A stretch of DNA of 64,000 nucleotides, taken from positions 6,055,021-6,119,020 of the forward strand of contig OY282382.1 in the NCBI GenBank assembly GCA_958295905.1. The letters are read 5' to 3'. Under the pieces are notes generated by a model that worked only from the letters and a program-made list of their open reading frames with translations, was not told where the DNA came from and searched no databases. The stretch's first letter is position 1. Each line of letters starts with the position of its first letter. This document shows, one piece after another, positions 1 through 10,784 of the stretch. This DNA comes from an uncultured Vicinamibacterales bacterium (GTDB taxonomy: Bacteria > Acidobacteriota > Vicinamibacteria > Vicinamibacterales > UBA8438). The position numbers and the translations under genes are program-made.

Positions 1-132
1 GCGAAGACCTGGTTCACGGGGGCGCTGCCCGACGTGTGGCTGTACGCGCTCGGCGCGATGTTCGTCGGGGCCACCCTGTTCCTGCCCCGCGGGCTCGCCG
101 GCCTGCTGCCCGTCCGGAGCCGGGACGCATGA
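1..132 (+). CDS. urtC: Urea ABC transporter permease, 3' end (partial)
   Basis: Frame 1 reads AKTWFTGALPDVWLYALGAMFVGATLFLPRGLAGLL..*, a typical permease C-terminus; ATGA overlap with urtD. Confidence 0.8.
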   Translation, partial: AKTWFTGALPDVWLYALGAMFVGATLFLPRGLAGLLPVRSRDA

Positions 133-986
133 CCGCCGACCCCCGGCGCGGCGATCCCCGGCCCGGTGACGCCGGCGCGGCCGCGAACCGGCGCGACGCC
201 TGGCGCGGGAAACGCGAGGCGGCGGCGCGGCGGCAGCCGTCGGTGCTGACCGGCGACGTCCTCTACCTGCAGCAGGTGACGGTGAGCTTCGACGGCTTCA
301 AGGCCCTCGACGACCTCACCCTGCACGTCGACCCCGGCGAGCTGCTCTGCGTGATCGGACCGAACGGCGCCGGCAAGACCACGATGATGGACGTCGTCAC
401 CGGCAAGACCCGGCCCGACGCGGGGCGGGTGTTCTTCGGGAACCAGATCAACCTGCTGACGATGAGCGAGCCGGAGATCGCCCAGGCGGGCATCGGCCGC
501 AAGTTCCAGAAGCCGACGGTGTTCGACTTCCTCACCGTGTTCGAGAACCTCGAGCTCGCCCTCGCCGGCGAGAAGTCGTTCTGGCGCACCTTCTTCGCCC
601 GCCTGACTTCCCGGGACCGCGAGCGCATCGACGAGGCGCTCGAGACCACCGGGCTGGCGTCGAAACGCGGGTCCCCGGCCGGCACCCTCGCCCACGGCCA
701 GAAGCAGTGGCTCGAGATCGGCATGCTGCTGATGCAGGAGCCGAAGCTGCTGCTGGTGGACGAGCCGGTCGCGGGCATGACCCCGCAGGAGACCGAGCGC
801 ACCGGCGAGCTGCTGCTGTCGCTCGCGGGGCGGCACTCGGTGGTCGTCGTCGAGCACGACATGGAGTTCGTGCGGTCGATCGCGCGGCGGGTGGCGGTGC
901 TGCACGAGGGACGGGTGCTGGCCGAGGGCGGCATGGACGCGGTGCAGTCGGACCCGCGCGTCATCGAGGTGTACCTGGGGGCATGA
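129..986 (+). CDS. urtD: Urea ABC transporter ATP-binding protein
   Basis: GPNGAGKT, GIGRKFQKPTVF, LAHGQKQWLEIGM, LLVDEPVAGMT; next to urease genes. Confidence 0.92.
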   Translation: MTADPRRGDPRPGDAGAAANRRDAWRGKREAAARRQPSVLTGDVLYLQQVTVSFDGFKALDDLTLHVDPGELLCVIGPNGAGKTTMMDVVTGKTRPDAGRVFFGNQINLLTMSEPEIAQAGIGRKFQKPTVFDFLTVFENLELALAGEKSFWRTFFARLTSRDRERIDEALETTGLASKRGSPAGTLAHGQKQWLEIGMLLMQEPKLLLVDEPVAGMTPQETERTGELLLSLAGRHSVVVVEHDMEFVRSIARRVAVLHEGRVLAEGGMDAVQSDPRVIEVYLGA

Positions 987-1687
987 GCCTGCTCGAGATC
1001 CGCGGCCTCGACCAGTCCTACGGGGGCAGCCGCACCCTGTGGGACGTCGACCTCGACGTGGCGGCGGGGACCCGCCTGTGCCTGATGGGGCGCAACGGCA
1101 TGGGCAAAACCACCCTCCTCAAGTGCGTCATGGGGCTCATTCCGGTGCAGTCCGGCGCCATCCGGTTCGACGGGGCCGACCTGCTCGCGCAGCCGCCCGA
1201 GAGCCGGGCGCGGCTGGGCATCGGGTACGTGCCCCAGGGGCGCGAGATCTTTCCCCAGCTCACCGTCGAGGAGAACCTGCGGATCGGCCTCGGGGCGCGG
1301 CGCGGCGGCGGCCGCGGGGGCATCCCCGGCCGCGTCTTCGAGCTGTTCCCGGTGCTGAAGCGGATGCTCCAGCGGCGCGGCGGCGACCTGTCGGGCGGCC
1401 AGCAGCAGCAGCTCGCGATCGGGCGCGCGCTGGTCCTCGAGCCGCGGCTCCTCATTCTCGACGAGCCCACCGAGGGCATCCAGCCGAACATCGTCCACGA
1501 GATCGGTGATATCATCGTCCGGCTCAACCGGGAGGCCGGGGTGACGGTGCTGCTGGTCGAACAGAAGCTGCCGTTCGCCCGCCGCGTGGCCAGCGAGTTC
1601 CACATCCTCGACAAGGGGCGCTCGGTGGCCGGCGGCCCGATCGACGACCTGAGCGACGATGACATCCGCAGGCACCTCACGGTGTGA
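983..1687 (+). CDS. urtE: Urea ABC transporter ATP-binding protein
   Basis: GRNGMGKT, YVPQGREIFP, LSGGQQQQLAI, LDEPTEGIQPNI; ATGA overlap with urtD. Confidence 0.92.
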   Translation: MSLLEIRGLDQSYGGSRTLWDVDLDVAAGTRLCLMGRNGMGKTTLLKCVMGLIPVQSGAIRFDGADLLAQPPESRARLGIGYVPQGREIFPQLTVEENLRIGLGARRGGGRGGIPGRVFELFPVLKRMLQRRGGDLSGGQQQQLAIGRALVLEPRLLILDEPTEGIQPNIVHEIGDIIVRLNREAGVTVLLVEQKLPFARRVASEFHILDKGRSVAGGPIDDLSDDDIRRHLTV

Positions 1688-1766
1688 ACCAACCGCGTTG
1701 CTGCTCCTGTTGACCGAAGCACAGTGCCAGCATGCAGCAGCGAGCGAGATGCGGAGCGACGCAACC

Positions 1767-2873
1767 ATGGACTCCGAGCAAACCAGCCGACCGCCGAACG
1801 ACGAAGAGATCGAAGGCCTGGATCAAGACAGCGGGTCCTGGGGTGACTATCCCATCGACGATCTCTTGATCCGCCACGAGCACCGGACCATGCACGACGT
1901 CACCAGACGCATCGTTCAAGGCTCCTACGTGATGGATCCGGACTTCCAGCGCGACTTCATCTGGCTGGAGAACAAGCAAAGCAAACTGATCGAATCCGTC
2001 ATCATGCGTATCCCCCTGCCCGTGTTCTACATGGCGGAAGACGACAAGGGCCGGATGGTGGTGGTCGACGGGTTGCAACGCCTGTCCACATTCAGCCGGT
2101 TCATGTGCAATAAACTCAAATTGAACCTGCCGGATCGCCATGAACTGCATCGCAAGAGATTCTCGGACCTGCCATCTAAACTCCAGAATCGCGTCGAGGA
2201 CTGCAATCTTATATTTTACATCATTGACGCGAAGGTCCCGGAACGAGCCCGTCTGGACATCTTCGACAGGGTGAACAGCGGCGAAGCGCTTACGCGGCAG
2301 CAAATGCGCAACAGTCTCTTCATGGGACCCGGAACGCTCTTTCTGAAGGAAGAATCGCGAACAAACATTTTTCTCGAAGCGACAGGTGGAAGCCTGAACT
2401 CGAAAAAGATGAGGGATCGGGAGTTCGTGAATCGATTCTGCGCCTTTCGACTCCTCGACCTTGATGAGTATCGTGGCGATATGGACGAGTTTCTCGCAAA
2501 CTGCCTGCGTCAAATGAATGAAATGGATAAAGCCAAGCTGTCGGGGCTGTCCGCGGAATTCAGTAGGGGCCTCGTCAACAATTGCCGCTTGTTCGGCCAC
2601 CACGCTTTCCGAAAGCATGAAGCGGGGCAGGCACGACGCGGGGTCCTCAATGCCTCGTTCTGGGACGTGATGTCCACCGGTCTGTCTTGTCGTAGCCAAA
2701 CCAAGGTCCAAGAACGTTCCGAGCTCCTTCGCCAAGAAATCTACCGTCTCTTGGCGAACGAGGAATTCAACATCGCCATCACTTACGGTCCCAACGACGC
2801 CAAGAAAGTGAGAACGCGGTTCCGTTTGGCGCAGAGTGTCTTTCGAGAGGTTCTAGGTGCTCACACGGATTGA
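1767..2873 (+). CDS. DUF262 (GmrSD_N/ParB-like) protein, Menshen NsnA-like
   Basis: PDFQRDFIW, LIESVIMRIPLP, VVDGLQRL, IFDRVNSG motifs; lower GC. Confidence 0.85.
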   Translation: MDSEQTSRPPNDEEIEGLDQDSGSWGDYPIDDLLIRHEHRTMHDVTRRIVQGSYVMDPDFQRDFIWLENKQSKLIESVIMRIPLPVFYMAEDDKGRMVVVDGLQRLSTFSRFMCNKLKLNLPDRHELHRKRFSDLPSKLQNRVEDCNLIFYIIDAKVPERARLDIFDRVNSGEALTRQQMRNSLFMGPGTLFLKEESRTNIFLEATGGSLNSKKMRDREFVNRFCAFRLLDLDEYRGDMDEFLANCLRQMNEMDKAKLSGLSAEFSRGLVNNCRLFGHHAFRKHEAGQARRGVLNASFWDVMSTGLSCRSQTKVQERSELLRQEIYRLLANEEFNIAITYGPNDAKKVRTRFRLAQSVFREVLGAHTD

Positions 2874-4017
2874 TCTTCAGTACTTCAAGTGCTTCGAACG
2901 ACTGAAGCTGCCCCTGCGCCCGCTGACCCTGCTGTCCGGTGCCAATGCCTCCGGGAAGTCGTCGGTCATGCAGGCCCTCGTGCTCCTGCACCAGACGATG
3001 CGCGAACACGAGTGGTCGTCCCGCCTGATGCTCAACGGCACCACCGTCCGCCTAGGCGCCGTGGCCGATGTGGTCGACCAGGTTTATGGGCGTCGCGACT
3101 GCGGGATCGCGCTTCTGGACGACGATGCGGCCCGATTTCACTGGGAATTCGAGGGTGAGCGCGATGAGATGTCCATGGCGGTGCGCAGGGCTGCCGGGGA
3201 GACGGACGCCGGCGACGGCTGGGACGTCGACGGGTCCGGGCCCCTTCACTACCTGCTGCCGACGCCGTCGAGCGGTCAGTCCCTGACCGGCCGTCTGCGG
3301 GGGCTCACCTACCTGACGGCCGAGAGACTGGGGCCGCGGGAGCTCTACGTATTCGACGATCCTCAGCTTACGCCGGTCGTCGGCCCGCGGGGAGAATACG
3401 CCGTGAGCGTTCTTCACTCCGGCCGCGACGTCCACGTGCTGGACACGTTGGAGATCGACAGCGTTCCGCCCACGCGGTTCCGGCAGGTGGAAGCTCGGAT
3501 GGCACGGTTCTTTCCGGGTTGCGTGTTGACCGTCGAGCAGGTGCCGCGGGCCAACGCGGCGACGCTGGGGATTCGTATATCCGCCGGTACGGATTTTCAC
3601 CGGCCCGTTCATAGCGGATTTGGACTGACACAGGTTCTGCCCGTCGTCGTAGCGGCCCTGTCGGCGAACAGAAACGACCTGCTGCTGATTGAAAATCCCG
3701 AAGTGCACCTGCATCCCGCGGGGCAGGCGGCGATGGGAGAATTCCTGAGCGAAGTCGCGTCAGCGGGCGTGCAGGTCGTGCTGGAGACGCACAGCGATCA
3801 CGTATTGAACGGCATACGGCGGGCCGTCAAGAACCGCATGCTGGCCGGTGGTGATGTCGCTCTGCATTTTTTTCGGCCGCGGCTTGAAGACCGCGCCCAC
3901 GGCGGACCGCAAGTAGAGAGCCCGATCCTGGACGCCGACGGCAACATCGACAGTTGGCCGGACGGGTTCTTCGATCAGTTCGACAGGGACATGAACTACT
4001 TCGCGGGCTGGAGTTGA
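2857..4017 (+). CDS. AAA_15/21 ATPase with C-terminal DUF3696, Menshen NsnB-like
   Basis: GANASGKS, GFGLTQVLP, IENPEVHLHP, ETHSDH, WPDGFFDQ. Confidence 0.85.
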   Translation: MLTRIDLQYFKCFERLKLPLRPLTLLSGANASGKSSVMQALVLLHQTMREHEWSSRLMLNGTTVRLGAVADVVDQVYGRRDCGIALLDDDAARFHWEFEGERDEMSMAVRRAAGETDAGDGWDVDGSGPLHYLLPTPSSGQSLTGRLRGLTYLTAERLGPRELYVFDDPQLTPVVGPRGEYAVSVLHSGRDVHVLDTLEIDSVPPTRFRQVEARMARFFPGCVLTVEQVPRANAATLGIRISAGTDFHRPVHSGFGLTQVLPVVVAALSANRNDLLLIENPEVHLHPAGQAAMGEFLSEVASAGVQVVLETHSDHVLNGIRRAVKNRMLAGGDVALHFFRPRLEDRAHGGPQVESPILDADGNIDSWPDGFFDQFDRDMNYFAGWS

Positions 4018-4982
4018 TATTGGAAATCCTGGTCAATGACCTGTCGATCCACGAGCAGTTCCACGACATGGCGACCTTTCGCGATGCGCTTGCGCGGCTG
4101 ATGGCGATGCGTCCCGCCGCCCGGCGCTTTGGACGTGAGGTGGGTTGCCATCGCGCGCTCCTGGCGGCCAGCCCGATGCCGGGCGTGTCGATGCGGCAGG
4201 CGATTGGGCGTCTCCCCGTCGAAAGCGAGCGGCGCGCGGCGATGGGCTGGCTGACGCGCTTCGGACCGTTCTGGGACGATCTCCGCCGGCACGGCACCGC
4301 GGACTGGCTGGAATGCCGAGACGAGATCGTCACGGACAGCGCCGTCGGGGAAGCCGCGTTTCGAACGGTGCATCGTGCGGACTGCGGGCTGGTCAGCGTC
4401 ACGCCGTCCGATTGGGACTACTCCCCCGTCGACGTGACTTGGCGTCGAGAGGCCGAGGATGCGGATGACCGCAGTACAGCACTCCAGAACTGGCGCAGCG
4501 TCCCGGCCCTGGAAGATGGGCTGCGGGACATGGCGCCGCCGATCCGATCCTGGGACGACTTGCGAGAGGCTTCGGCAATCCGGTTCGAGAGCCTGACCTG
4601 CGCCGGAGACTGCTTCGATCCGCTCTCCGGGGTCCCGTTCGCCAGGAGCGTAGCGGACCGATTCCTCGTGCTGCTCGGTATCTTGGACCGAATCGCGCGC
4701 GCGTTCGACGCGACCGGGGCGCGCACGATCGAGGGACAACGGATCTACCAGGACTACTTTACCGGCGACAACGCACTGTTCTCGGACTCGTCGGACGACG
4801 AAAAGCGCCGTTTCCAAGAGGCACTGACGTTCCCTCATCCGGACGAGCCCGGGAACTCTCTGTTCTGCACGTGGCACGGCAAGGTGCGGCGCCTGACGCT
4901 CCGCCTCCACTTCTCCTGGCCCGTCGAATCGGGCAAACCGGTCTACGTCGTGTACGCCGGCCCGAAGCTCACGAGGCGATGA
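4014..4982 (+). CDS. Hypothetical protein, putative Menshen NsnC-like effector
   Basis: Coupled third gene; C-terminal WHGK..LRLHF..VYVVYAGPKL resembles RelE-like nuclease tails (inference). Confidence 0.6.
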   Translation: MILEILVNDLSIHEQFHDMATFRDALARLMAMRPAARRFGREVGCHRALLAASPMPGVSMRQAIGRLPVESERRAAMGWLTRFGPFWDDLRRHGTADWLECRDEIVTDSAVGEAAFRTVHRADCGLVSVTPSDWDYSPVDVTWRREAEDADDRSTALQNWRSVPALEDGLRDMAPPIRSWDDLREASAIRFESLTCAGDCFDPLSGVPFARSVADRFLVLLGILDRIARAFDATGARTIEGQRIYQDYFTGDNALFSDSSDDEKRRFQEALTFPHPDEPGNSLFCTWHGKVRRLTLRLHFSWPVESGKPVYVVYAGPKLTRR

Positions 4983-5171
4983 AGCGATGGCGGCGAGCGC
5001 GAACGAGCCCCGCATCGTCCACGAGATCGGCGATGACGTCGTCCGGCTCGACCCACCGCCGCCGGCGCCCGAGGCGATGAAGCGATGGCGGCGAGCGCGA
5101 ACGAGCCCCGCATCGTCCACGAGATCGGCGATGACGTCGTCCGGCTCGACCCACCGCCGCCGGCGCCCGAG
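4972..5171 (+). repeat. Perfect 98-bp tandem duplication of the ureD start region
   Basis: 4972-5069 = 5070-5167; ATGs at 4987 and 5085; first copy out of frame. Confidence 0.95.
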
Positions 5172-5984
5172 ACGGCGCCGCGCCCCGGCCGCGGGCGGGT
5201 GGCGGTCGAGCGGGTCGGCGGGCGGAGCGTCGTGCGCCGGGCGTACGCGACGAGCCCCCTGCGCCTGCTGACGCCGAAGAACCACGGGCACGCGGCCTGG
5301 GTCTACACGTCGAGCCACGGCGGCGGGCTCGTCGACGGCGACGACGTCGCGCTGCGGGCGTCGGTCGGGGCCGGGGCCGCCGCGTTCCTGTCGACGCAGT
5401 CCGCCACCAAGGTCTACCGGTCGCCCCGCGGGACCCGGACCGCGCTCGACGCCGACGTCGGCGAGAACGCCCTGCTCGTCGCCGCCCCCGACGCCGTGGT
5501 GTGCTTCGCGGGGTCCCGCTACCGGCAGACGCAGCGCATCGCCCTCGCCGCCGGCGGGCGGCTCGTCCTCGTCGACCGGGTCACCTCGGGCCGCCGGGAG
5601 TCGGGCGAGCGCTGGCTCTTCGACGAGTACGTCAGCCGCACCTCCGTCCATCTCGGCGGCCGCCTCGTGGTGCGCGACGCGGTGGCGATGCGCGCGGCCG
5701 ACGGCGGGCTGGCCGCCCGCTTCGGCCGCTACGACGTGCTGGCGGTGGCGATGGTGCTGGGCCGCGGCCTCGAGGACGAGACCGCGCGCATCGACGCGCG
5801 GGTCCGGGCCGAGCCGGTCCGGCGCGGGGCCGACCGGCTCGTCGCGGCCGCGCCGGTGGGCGACGCCGGGTGTATCCTGCGCATCGCCGGCCGCACCGTG
5901 GAAGACGTGGACGACACGCTTGGGGACCTGCTCGGTTTCGTGCCCGGGCTCCTCGGCGACAGCCCGTGGGCGCGGAAATGGTGA
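5085..5984 (+). CDS. ureD: Urease accessory protein UreD (plant-like)
   Basis: SPLRLLTP, GGGLVDGD, STQSATKVYR. Confidence 0.9.
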   Translation: MAASANEPRIVHEIGDDVVRLDPPPPAPETAPRPGRGRVAVERVGGRSVVRRAYATSPLRLLTPKNHGHAAWVYTSSHGGGLVDGDDVALRASVGAGAAAFLSTQSATKVYRSPRGTRTALDADVGENALLVAAPDAVVCFAGSRYRQTQRIALAAGGRLVLVDRVTSGRRESGERWLFDEYVSRTSVHLGGRLVVRDAVAMRAADGGLAARFGRYDVLAVAMVLGRGLEDETARIDARVRAEPVRRGADRLVAAAPVGDAGCILRIAGRTVEDVDDTLGDLLGFVPGLLGDSPWARKW

Positions 5985-6199
5985 ACCACGTGCCGCCGGC
6001 GACGCCTCGGGCCGGCAGAACCGGGGCGGCCGGCAGGCGTGGGCCGGAATGGTGAACGACTGCCGCCGGCGACGCTTCGGCCGGCAGAACGGGACGACCG
6101 ACAGCCCGTGGGCGCGGATAGGGTGAACCACATGCCTCCGCCGCCGCTTCGGCCGGCAGAACCGGGGCGGCCGGCAGGCGTGGGCGCGAAAGGGTGACG
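5957..6199 (+). repeat. ~72-bp degenerate tandem repeat (3+ copies) containing the ureD stop region
   Basis: gtgggc..ggtga recurs at 5966, 6039, 6108, 6180 with ggccggcagaac in each full unit. Confidence 0.85.
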
Positions 6200-6201
6200 A
6201 C

Positions 6202-6933
6202 ATGCATCTGACACCCCGCGAGGTCGACAAGCTGGTGCTGCACCAAGCCGGGTTCCTCGCCCAGAAGCGCCTGGCCCGTGGGGTCAGGCTGAACTACGTC
6301 GAGGCGGTCGCGCTGATCGCGACGCAACTGCTGGAGTTCATCCGGGACGGCCGGTCGGTGGCCGACCTCATGGATCTGGGACGCCGCTTCCTCGGCACGC
6401 GGGACGTCCTCGACGGCATTCCGGAGATGGTGGACGAGGTGCAGGTCGAGGGGACGTTCCCCGACGGCACGAAGCTCGTGACCGTCCACCGCCCCATCGT
6501 CGCCGAGCGCGGAGACCACGCCCTCGCCCTCTACGGCAGCTTCCTCGCGCCGCAGGCGCCGGAGGCGGCGGTCGGGCGGCCGGCCGCAGCCCTGGCCGGC
6601 GCCCCCGGCGAGGTCCTGCCCGAGGCCGGCGGGATCACCCTGAACGACGGCCGCGACGCGGTGAAGGTGACCGTCGCGAACACCGGCGACCGGCCCATCC
6701 AGGTCGGCAGCCACTACCACTTCTTCGAGACCAACCGCGCGCTGAGGTTCGACCGCCGGACCGGCTACGGGCACCGCCTCGACATTCCCGCCGGCGCCGC
6801 GGTCCGGTTCGAGCCGGGCGAGAGCAAGACGGTGAACCTGGTGCCCATCGCCGGCGCCCGCGTCGTCCGCGGGGGGAACGCGTGGGCGGACGGCCCCGTC
6901 GACGAGACCCGCGACCTCGAGAACCGGGAGTAG
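6202..6933 (+). CDS. ureAB: Urease fused gamma/beta subunit
   Basis: MHLTPRE.., [33 protein letters not shown]. Confidence 0.95.
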   Translation: MHLTPREVDKLVLHQAGFLAQKRLARGVRLNYVEAVALIATQLLEFIRDGRSVADLMDLGRRFLGTRDVLDGIPEMVDEVQVEGTFPDGTKLVTVHRPIVAERGDHALALYGSFLAPQAPEAAVGRPAAALAGAPGEVLPEAGGITLNDGRDAVKVTVANTGDRPIQVGSHYHFFETNRALRFDRRTGYGHRLDIPAGAAVRFEPGESKTVNLVPIAGARVVRGGNAWADGPVDETRDLENRE

Positions 6934-6936
6934 CCC

Positions 6937-8652
6937 ATGCCGCACCGCATCGACCGGCGTCATTACGCGGACCTCTACGGCCCCACCACCGGCGACCGGC
7001 TGCGCCTGGGGGACACCGGCCTCGTGGCCGAGGTCGAGGAGGACGCGACCGTCTACGGCGACGAATGCAAGTTCGGGGGCGGGAAGGTCCTGCGCGACGG
7101 CATGGGGCAGGCGGCGGGGGTGTCGGACGAGCGCGCCCTCGACTGCGTGATCACCAACGCCCTGATCGTCGACTGGACCGGCATCCGGAAGGCGGACGTC
7201 GGCATCAAGAACGGGCGCATCGCGGGCATCGGCAAGGCCGGCAACCCCGACGTCATGGCCGGGGTGGGCGACGATCTCGTGGTGGGGGTGACGACCGAGG
7301 CCATCGCCGGCGAGGGGCTGATCCTGACCGCAGGGGCCATCGACGCCCACGTGCACTTCATCTCGCCCCAGCAGGTCTACGAGGCGGTCGCGAGCGGGGT
7401 GACCACGTTCATCGGCGGCGGGACGGGGCCGGCCACCGGCACCAAGGCGACGACGTGCACGCCGGGCAGCCGGCACATCCAGCTCATGCTGCAGGCGAAC
7501 GACCCCCTGCCGATGAACTTCGGCTTTCTCGGCAAGGGCAACACGTCGATGCCGGCGGGGCTGGAGGAGCAGATCCGGAGCGGCGCGGTGGGGCTGAAGC
7601 TGCACGAGGACTGGGGCTCGACGCCGGCCGCCATCGACTGCTGCCTGACCGAGGCGGACCGCTTCGACGTCCAGGTCGCGATTCACACCGACACCCTGAA
7701 CGAGTCGGGGTTCGTGGACGTCTCGATGGCCGCGTTCAAGGGCCGGACCATCCACACCTACCACACCGAGGGGGCGGGCGGGGGGCACGCGCCGGACATC
7801 ATCCGCGTCTGCGGCGAGCCGAACGTGCTGCCGAGCTCGACCAACCCGACGCGGCCCTACACCGTCAACACCCTCGACGAGCATCTCGACATGCTGATGG
7901 TGTGCCACCACCTCGACAAGAACGCCCCCGAGGACGTCGCCTTCGCGGAGAGCCGCATCCGCGGGCGGACCATCGCGGCCGAGGACGTGCTGCACGACCT
8001 CGGGGCCATCAGCATCATGGCGAGCGACAGCCAGGCGATGGGACGGGTGGGCGAGGTCGTCACCCGCACGTGGCAGACCGCCGACAAGATGCGGAACGAG
8101 CGCGGCCGGCTCGACGCCGAGCAGGGCGACAACGACAACCTGCGCATCCGGCGCTACGTCGCGAAGTACACCGTGAACCCCGCGATCGCCCACGGCATCG
8201 CCCACGACGTGGGCTCGGTCGAGGTCGGCAAGCTCGCCGACCTCGTGCTGTGGAAGCCCGCGTTCTTCGGCGCCAGGCCCGAGCTGGTCATCAAGGGCGG
8301 GTTCATCGCGTGGTCGCAGATGGGCGACGCCAACGCCTCGATCCCGACCCCGCAGCCCCAGCTCATGCGCCCGATGTTCGGGGCCTTCGGGCGGGCCACG
8401 GGGGCGACGTCGCTGGCGTTCGTCTCCGCGTTGTCGCTCGATACGGGGACGGCGGAGAGCTACGGGCTCGCCAGCGGGCTGTCGGCGGTGCGCGGCTGCC
8501 GCACCATCGGCAAGCGGGACATGAAGCTGAACGACGCGCTGCCCCGCATCGAGGTCGACCCCGAGACCTACGTCGTCAAGGCCGACGGCGAGGTCCTGAC
8601 GGCCGAGGCGGCCCCGGTGCTGCCGCTCGCCCAGCGGTACTGCCTGTTCTAG
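6937..8652 (+). CDS. ureC: Urease alpha subunit
   Basis: [47 protein letters not shown]. Confidence 0.97.
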   Translation: MPHRIDRRHYADLYGPTTGDRLRLGDTGLVAEVEEDATVYGDECKFGGGKVLRDGMGQAAGVSDERALDCVITNALIVDWTGIRKADVGIKNGRIAGIGKAGNPDVMAGVGDDLVVGVTTEAIAGEGLILTAGAIDAHVHFISPQQVYEAVASGVTTFIGGGTGPATGTKATTCTPGSRHIQLMLQANDPLPMNFGFLGKGNTSMPAGLEEQIRSGAVGLKLHEDWGSTPAAIDCCLTEADRFDVQVAIHTDTLNESGFVDVSMAAFKGRTIHTYHTEGAGGGHAPDIIRVCGEPNVLPSSTNPTRPYTVNTLDEHLDMLMVCHHLDKNAPEDVAFAESRIRGRTIAAEDVLHDLGAISIMASDSQAMGRVGEVVTRTWQTADKMRNERGRLDAEQGDNDNLRIRRYVAKYTVNPAIAHGIAHDVGSVEVGKLADLVLWKPAFFGARPELVIKGGFIAWSQMGDANASIPTPQPQLMRPMFGAFGRATGATSLAFVSALSLDTGTAESYGLASGLSAVRGCRTIGKRDMKLNDALPRIEVDPETYVVKADGEVLTAEAAPVLPLAQRYCLF

Positions 8653-8880
8653 ACTCCTTGAGCGGCCGGGGGTCTTTGCCGTCGAGTCAAGTTCAGGTCT
8701 GATCGTTTCGCCGCTGCCACGTCCCCGACCGCAATCGGGCGCGCGGCGTATCGCGCTCGACCTGCATGTCTCGTCGGTCTGAGGCGAAATCTCGTTAGAC
8801 TCCTGGAGCGCCCGGGATCTCTTGCCGTCGAGTCAAGTTCAGGTTCTGATCGTTTCGCCGTCGCCACGTCCCCGACCGCC
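8649..8880 (+). repeat. Repeat family 2 (~140 bp): one full and one partial tandem copy at the ureC stop
   Basis: 146-bp period; homologous to 19313-19452 and, inverted, 38275-38385. Confidence 0.8.
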
Positions 8881-8935
8881 ATGGGGGCCGGCCCCCCGCG
8901 GGCCGACATTTTGAGGCTCGCCACCGGGTTCCACC

Positions 8936-9592
8936 ATGTCTGACTGGCTCGCTTGGCAGGTCGTGGACTCGGCGTTCCCGGTCGGGACGTTCGCGCACTC
9001 GTGGGGCCTCGAAGCGGCGTGGCAGGCCGGCCACGTGGACGGCGACGCCGCGTTGCGGCGCTTCCTGACGGAGTCGATCCAGCAGACGGGATGGGGCGCG
9101 CTGCCCCTCGTCAACGCCGCCTGGCACCGGCCCAATCGGCTCGAGGAGCTGGACGCGCTGAACGAGGCGTTCCTCACCAATGCCGTCGCCAACCGGGCCA
9201 GCCGGGTCCAGGGACGCACCCTCGCGGCCACCGCGGCCCGGGTCTGGCCCTCGCCCGCGACGGCCGCCCTCGAAGCCCGGGTCCGGGGGGGATGGGCGCA
9301 CGTGGCGCCGGTCTCCGGGATCGTCTTCCGGACGATCGGGCTGTCGCAGGCGCTAGCGGGCAAGGCGGTGCTCTACGGCGCCGCCCGCGGGGTCCTGTCC
9401 GCCGCGGTCCGGCTCGGCATCGTCGGCAGCTTCCGCGCGCAGCGGATGCAGCACGAGGCGCAGGCCTGCCTCGACGCGACCCTCGAGACCTGCTCGGGGC
9501 TCGCGCCGGAGGACATCTGCCAGACCGCGCCGATCATCGATCTCCTGCAGGGCGCCCATGATCGGCTGTATTCACGCCTCTTCCAATCGTAG
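8936..9592 (+). CDS. ureF: Urease accessory protein UreF
   Basis: [32 protein letters not shown]. Confidence 0.92.
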   Translation: MSDWLAWQVVDSAFPVGTFAHSWGLEAAWQAGHVDGDAALRRFLTESIQQTGWGALPLVNAAWHRPNRLEELDALNEAFLTNAVANRASRVQGRTLAATAARVWPSPATAALEARVRGGWAHVAPVSGIVFRTIGLSQALAGKAVLYGAARGVLSAAVRLGIVGSFRAQRMQHEAQACLDATLETCSGLAPEDICQTAPIIDLLQGAHDRLYSRLFQS

Positions 9593-9610
9593 AATGGCCC
9601 TGCGCCGCAG

Positions 9611-9710
9611 AAACGGTGCCGGCTCCGGGCAGAAGGCGCCGGCTCCGGGCGGAAGGCGCCGGCTCCGGGCGGAAGGCGCCGGCTCCGGGCGGGAGGCACC
9701 GACGCCGGGC
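9611..9710 (+). repeat. 20-bp tandem repeat x5 (ggaaggcgccggctccgggc)
   Basis: Directly visible between ureF and ureG; outer copies degenerate. Confidence 0.9.
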
Positions 9711-9900
9711 AGGCCGGTTTCGCCCGGCTCTTGCCGAAGGACAGCGCCTCGTTCCCGCCGCTCTGAACTTGGCGCCTGAAGAAACCCGGATAGAGACGGC
9801 GACTCTGGCGGGGTTGGCTTGCGGCGGCGCCGGCGGGGCGGCGGCGGAGCCGTCGGACGACGATTGCCGGGCCGGGTCCGCCGAGGAGGGACGCCGCGAC

Positions 9901-10599
9901 ATGCACTACACACCTGACCATCCCCACGATCACGGACCCGGCGTCTACGCGGACCGCGACGAGCCGCACGCGCGCGACTACCGCCGGCGCGCGTTCACGG
10001 TCGGCATCGGCGGCCCGGTGGGCAGCGGCAAGACGGCGCTGCTCCTCGCGCTGTGCCGCCGGCTCCGCGACCGCTACAGCCTCGGCGTCGTCACCAACGA
10101 CATCTTCACGAAGGAGGACGGCGAGTTCCTCGTGCGCCACGAGGCACTCGAGACCCGCCGCATCACCGCGGTCGAAACGGGCGGCTGCCCCCACACCGCG
10201 GTGCGCGACGACGTCAGCCGGAACCTCGACGCGCTGTCCCAGCTCATGGCCGCGGTGGGTCCCGAGCTGCTGTTCGTCGAGAGCGGCGGGGACAACCTCG
10301 CCGCCCAGTTCAGCCGCGACCTCGCCGACTTCACGATCTACGTCATCGACGTGTCCGGCGGCGACAAAATCCCCCGCAAGGGAGGGCCGGGCATCACCCA
10401 GTCGGACCTGCTCGTGATCAACAAGACCGATCTCGCCCCCCTCATCGGCGCCGATCTCGACGTCATGGCCCGCGACGCGCGCCACATGCGGGGCGACGGC
10501 CCGTTCGTGTTCGCGCAGGTGACCAACGGCGTGGGGGTGGACACCATCACCGGCGCGGTGGTCGAGGGCCTGGAGGCGACCCGCACGCGGCCGGCATGA
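9901..10599 (+). CDS. ureG: Urease accessory GTPase UreG with His-rich N-terminus
   Basis: [26 protein letters not shown]. Confidence 0.95.
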   Translation: MHYTPDHPHDHGPGVYADRDEPHARDYRRRAFTVGIGGPVGSGKTALLLALCRRLRDRYSLGVVTNDIFTKEDGEFLVRHEALETRRITAVETGGCPHTAVRDDVSRNLDALSQLMAAVGPELLFVESGGDNLAAQFSRDLADFTIYVIDVSGGDKIPRKGGPGITQSDLLVINKTDLAPLIGADLDVMARDARHMRGDGPFVFAQVTNGVGVDTITGAVVEGLEATRTRPA

Positions 10600-10784
10600 G
10601 AAGGACCGGCGGCCGGCCGCGCAGTGGTTCTTCCCGATACCAGCACAGGGTGTTCCGGGCCCGTTTCATTTTGCCTCTAGTGCTTCGCCATGACTAAACG
10701 TTCGGGTGTGCGGTGCTGTGATTCGTCGACGATTGCACGCCGTAAGCCGATGTCCGCCGGGGGAATCGCGGGAGACCGCGCCGG

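Noticed and set aside
4987-5271. Separate 94-aa gene upstream of ureD
   Set aside because: Out-of-frame product of the 98-bp duplication.
9593-9900. ureE between ureF and ureG
   Set aside because: The interval holds 20-bp repeats and no UreE-like ORF.
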